NCBI GenBank assembly: GCA_965213705.1 | Contig: OZ243913.1 | Location: forward strand, 2,912,001-2,976,000 | Source of the DNA: Trueperaceae bacterium | Lineage (GTDB): Bacteria; Deinococcota; Deinococci; Deinococcales; Trueperaceae | DNA: 64,000 nt | Reading direction: 5' to 3' | Shown here: positions 61,119 through 64,000 of the stretch, in pieces | How the letters are laid out: every line of letters begins with the position of its first letter | Position numbering within the stretch: position 1 is the first letter of the stretch | Translations under genes and position numbers: made by a program | The notes under the pieces: model-generated | Seen by the model: the letters and a program-made list of their open reading frames with translations, nothing else | Told to the model about the DNA's origin: nothing | Database searches by the model: none

Positions 61119-62129
61119 TTAGCCCAGCGGAAGCGGCTCGAGCCGTCCCCGGACGCCGCCGACCTCCAAAACGGTGTCCGGTTTCAGGTCGTTGCGCAGC
61201 ACCGCCAGCGCCATAAAGCCCAGGTCGGGGTGCTCGGCGACCGTGCCCAAACGGCCCACGGTTTTTCCGTTGGCGAGCACGTCGCGCGTTTCCGGCCTGG
61301 GCGAGCCTTCGAGCTTTAACCTTTGCAGCGAGCGCCGCAGCTTGCCCCGCGCCTCGAGTCTCGCCATGATTTCTTGGCCCAGGTAGCAGCCTTTGGTGTA
61401 GGAAACCCTGTGCTCCAAACCCGCTTCTTGCGGCAACACGCCCTCGCCGCCTTCGAACTCCGCCGTGGCGACGCCGGCAACGACGCGGGCGATGTTCAGC
61501 GCGGCCTCCCCCGCCATGACCGCGCCCGCAGCGACGAACGCCCCTAACAGGGGTTGCGCGCCCGCAGCGGCGACGAGCACGTCGAAGCCGCCCGCCCCGC
61601 TGCGGCGGCTCGGCACGACACTGGTTTCGGCGTTTTGAAAAGAGGTCGAAGCGAAGCTCGCGCCGCGCGGCGCGTCGATCTCCAAAACGTCGGCGACCAA
61701 GGCTGCGGCGGGGTCGCCCTGCAGCGTCAAAACCACCGTGTCCAAAGCCTCCAGTTCCACCGCGTCGAAAATGACGTGATGTTCAAGTTCTTTTTGCACG
61801 AACCTCCCCGCGTCGCCGTCTACCTTGACGAGCAGGTCGTCTTCACGCCGCAGCACGCGCAAACCTGCCAGCGCGTGGCCTTTGTGGTTGAGGAGCAAGC
61901 CCTCGCTCGCCTCACCGGGTCTGAGGCGTTTGACGTCGTTGCTCACTTGCCCGTGGACGAAGTCCAGCCGGTCGGCCCCGGTCACGCGCAGCACGGTTGC
62001 GCCGAGCAGGGGCACGAGCAGGCCCGAGCCCTGTTCGAACAAGCGGTATTCGTCCGCGGCGCTCGAGACCGACGCGACTCGGCCGGCGACGAGGGTCGCA
62101 CCTCGGTTTTTCAAAAAAGCTTCAATCAT
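61119..62129 (-). CDS. YgfZ/GcvT-family folate-binding protein
   Basis: VTGADR.DFVHGQVSND, LPQEAG, SYTKGCYLGQE signature. Confidence 0.92.
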   Translation of the reverse strand: MIEAFLKNRGATLVAGRVASVSSAADEYRLFEQGSGLLVPLLGATVLRVTGADRLDFVHGQVSNDVKRLRPGEASEGLLLNHKGHALAGLRVLRREDDLLVKVDGDAGRFVQKELEHHVIFDAVELEALDTVVLTLQGDPAAALVADVLEIDAPRGASFASTSFQNAETSVVPSRRSGAGGFDVLVAAAGAQPLLGAFVAAGAVMAGEAALNIARVVAGVATAEFEGGEGVLPQEAGLEHRVSYTKGCYLGQEIMARLEARGKLRRSLQRLKLEGSPRPETRDVLANGKTVGRLGTVAEHPDLGFMALAVLRNDLKPDTVLEVGGVRGRLEPLPLG

Positions 62130-62261
62130 GCCGCCGTTGTAGCACGCGCGGCGCGTTTACCGAGTCGTGGCGTGAGAGGTGTGCCCCTCAGTTGCTGTTC
62201 TTCGCTCCACGCGCCCGCCCCGACGAGACCCCACCGAGCGGGGTCGCAGGGTTGGCAAAAG

Positions 62262-63167
62262 CTAATACGGCTCGCCCCGCCACACCCGTTTGGCCCGCTG
62301 CCACACCCGGCTCAGGCGCGGCGGCGCGTAGTTGAGCGCGTAGTCTTGCGCCAAGTGCTCGTTGCCCAAGTCGACCCCGAGCTGTTCGCGGACATAGTGG
62401 CGGTGGTCCATAATCCAAACGTACAGGTCGGCCTCTTTACGGCCCGGAAAACGCCTCAGCACGTTGAAGCGGCGAATCTCGACTACCACGGGCACGTAAA
62501 GGGTGTCGTACCAGGACATGACGATTTCTTCCCAGGCGAAAGGGCGTTTGTGTTCGCGGCCCAGGTAGTATTCGTGGGTGCGCAGGTGCTCGAGCACGGT
62601 GTCGTAACGGCCGGGCACCGTAAACAGCACGGGGTAGTGGCCCGGGCGAAGCTCGTCGAGCCGTGTCTGCTGCAGAAAGTGCGTGTATTCGCCCTTGATG
62701 ATAAAGTCTTTGACGCTGTCGCCCGCGTCCGGCCGCACCTGTACCCCGAGTTCGATAATCTCGGCGTCGATGTAGAGTTGCCCCTCGTCCCGCGCGACCG
62801 ACACGCGGTGGTGGCCGTCCTTGACGAAATAGATGTCGCCGACTTTGTAAACCTGGATGGCCGGAAGCTCCTTGCCCTCGAGCTTGGCGCGGCGAATGCC
62901 TATCCAGCGGTTGAGGGGGAAGCTGTAACGCGGCAAAAAGTAGTGGTCGAAGTCCTTGTAGCGGTCGACCGAGCCGACGATTTTGCCGACGCTTATCGCT
63001 TGAACACCGCCGTAACTTTCCGAAACGGGGTTTAGGTTGCGCACCACGTCGAAGGGCATGAGTTCGTTCGGCACGCCGCGCAGGGTGTGCAACACCTGGT
63101 GCCAAAAAGCTTTGCCGCGCACGCGCTCGGCGTCTTGCCGAGCTTGTTTGTCAGGAGAGTAACTCAC
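62262..63167 (-). CDS. ParB-like / DUF4032 domain protein
   Basis: IVGSVDRYKDFD, LPAIQVYKV..YFVKDGHHRVSVAR, WYDTLYVP, ADLYVWIMDHR. Confidence 0.8.
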   Translation of the reverse strand: MSYSPDKQARQDAERVRGKAFWHQVLHTLRGVPNELMPFDVVRNLNPVSESYGGVQAISVGKIVGSVDRYKDFDHYFLPRYSFPLNRWIGIRRAKLEGKELPAIQVYKVGDIYFVKDGHHRVSVARDEGQLYIDAEIIELGVQVRPDAGDSVKDFIIKGEYTHFLQQTRLDELRPGHYPVLFTVPGRYDTVLEHLRTHEYYLGREHKRPFAWEEIVMSWYDTLYVPVVVEIRRFNVLRRFPGRKEADLYVWIMDHRHYVREQLGVDLGNEHLAQDYALNYAPPRLSRVWQRAKRVWRGEPY

Positions 63168-63215
63168 CGGAGCCTCCTTCCACGGGTCAAGGATACCCGC
63201 TAAACGTCAGGCGAG

Positions 63216-63233
63216 TGTGAAACTAGTTTCACA
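63216..63233. promoter_or_regulatory. Perfect 18-bp palindrome TGTGAAACTAGTTTCACA, candidate operator
   Basis: About 50 nt upstream of the 63167 start in an intergenic region. Confidence 0.55.
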
Positions 63234-63329
63234 AGGCGTCTTTCTGCGGCGTTCCGGCGCCCTGCAAAGCAGCCCGCCCGTAGCGCGTGGTTTCCTATAA
63301 ACCACAAAGCACACGCCACAAGCTCGAGA

Positions 63330-63956
63330 CTAAAGGTCGATAAGGGTAAATTCAAAAGCGTTGACGACCCGCACACCGCTGTCGGTCACGTACTCGCGGG
63401 GCGCGTTGGCCCCGTTCAGGTGAACGTGGCCGTGGACGTGCAACCTGGGTTGCCACTGTTCGACGAAGCGGTTGAAAGCGGGCACGCCGCGGTGGGGAAA
63501 GTCCGCACCCTCGTGCGGCCCCTTGGGCGCGGCGTGCGTCAACAAAATGTCGACGGCGCGGCCCTTGGTCAGTCTGTTCCAGGCCAGTCGCGGCGCGAGC
63601 GCCCTCGTCATCGCCGCCATCTGAAACTCGCTGTACTGCTGCGGGCCGGGCCGGTAGCGGGCGCTGCCTTCGATGCCCGCGATGAGGACGCCGCCCACCT
63701 CCAACACCCTGCCGTGCGCGTTCAGGCACCCACCCGGCAGCTTTTTTTGCTCCTCCAGCGGGTCGTACAAGTAGCCTTGGGCGTGGTTGCCCAGGACGTA
63801 AACGGGCTGGACGGTGAGCTTGGTCGCCAGAAACTCCAAAAAGTGCCCCGGCATGTCCCCCGCGCTCAACACCAGGTCAAAAGGAGGCAGGTTGTTGGGA
63901 AAGTTGCTCGAGTAGACGATGGGCGAAACGGCGTCGGCGATGGCGAGGATGCGCAT
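63330..63956 (-). CDS. Calcineurin-like metallophosphoesterase
   Basis: LAIAD, AGD, GNH, THAAP, HGHVH. Confidence 0.9.
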   Translation of the reverse strand: MRILAIADAVSPIVYSSNFPNNLPPFDLVLSAGDMPGHFLEFLATKLTVQPVYVLGNHAQGYLYDPLEEQKKLPGGCLNAHGRVLEVGGVLIAGIEGSARYRPGPQQYSEFQMAAMTRALAPRLAWNRLTKGRAVDILLTHAAPKGPHEGADFPHRGVPAFNRFVEQWQPRLHVHGHVHLNGANAPREYVTDSGVRVVNAFEFTLIDL

Positions 63957-64000
63957 GGGTTTAGCGGGCGGCCGGTGGGTGGCAGCGTGAAGAGGGGTTG

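Overview
High-GC bacterial chromosomal segment, most consistent with Deinococcota, probably Trueperaceae/Deinococcales. The assignment is inferred from LysW/LysX lysine biosynthesis genes, many leaderless genes with a TANNNT box 6-8 nt before the start codon, and the SPOR-rapZ-yvcK-DOMON gene order. Left part: a sugar uptake/catabolism region (two ABC ATPases, a ketose epimerase, a Tm-1/UPF0261 plus TIM-barrel pair, a cupin, an IolE-like TIM barrel, a Gfo/Idh/MocA oxidoreductase, xylA, xylB) interrupted by two orphan antitoxins and a low-GC DUF2971 gene; then an APH-family kinase and a MarR/MFS efflux pair. Middle part: nfeD-floA-yqfB-like-phoH-pgpH-ybeY-dgkA-cdd, a TPR protein, hisC-hisB-hisH, SPOR-rapZ-yvcK-DOMON, a Mo oxidoreductase, topA, a PIN toxin-antitoxin pair, recO-plsY, folC, pyrE, trpS, holB, ricT and rnhB. 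Right part: a pseudo-receiver histidine kinase, an IS4-like element abutting a truncated sibling, ltrA, a nonsense-disrupted HTH gene with a divergent MFS, a vWA protein, lysW-lysX, ygfZ, and a ParB-like/DUF4032 gene with a metallophosphoesterase. Most notable observations: (1) TopA ends in a gapless sigma70 region-4-like domain whose recognition helix has become acidic; (2) a 72-nt CCA-ended tRNA-like cloverleaf lies between a near-consensus promoter and lysW-lysX; (3) the palindrome CTCGAG is strongly over-represented across the window; (4) a REP palindrome is translated in frame in a CDS; (5) 15-nt repeat expansions extend several proteins. No rRNA, canonical tRNA or CRISPR array was seen. 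All family assignments come from motif recognition, not database searches.
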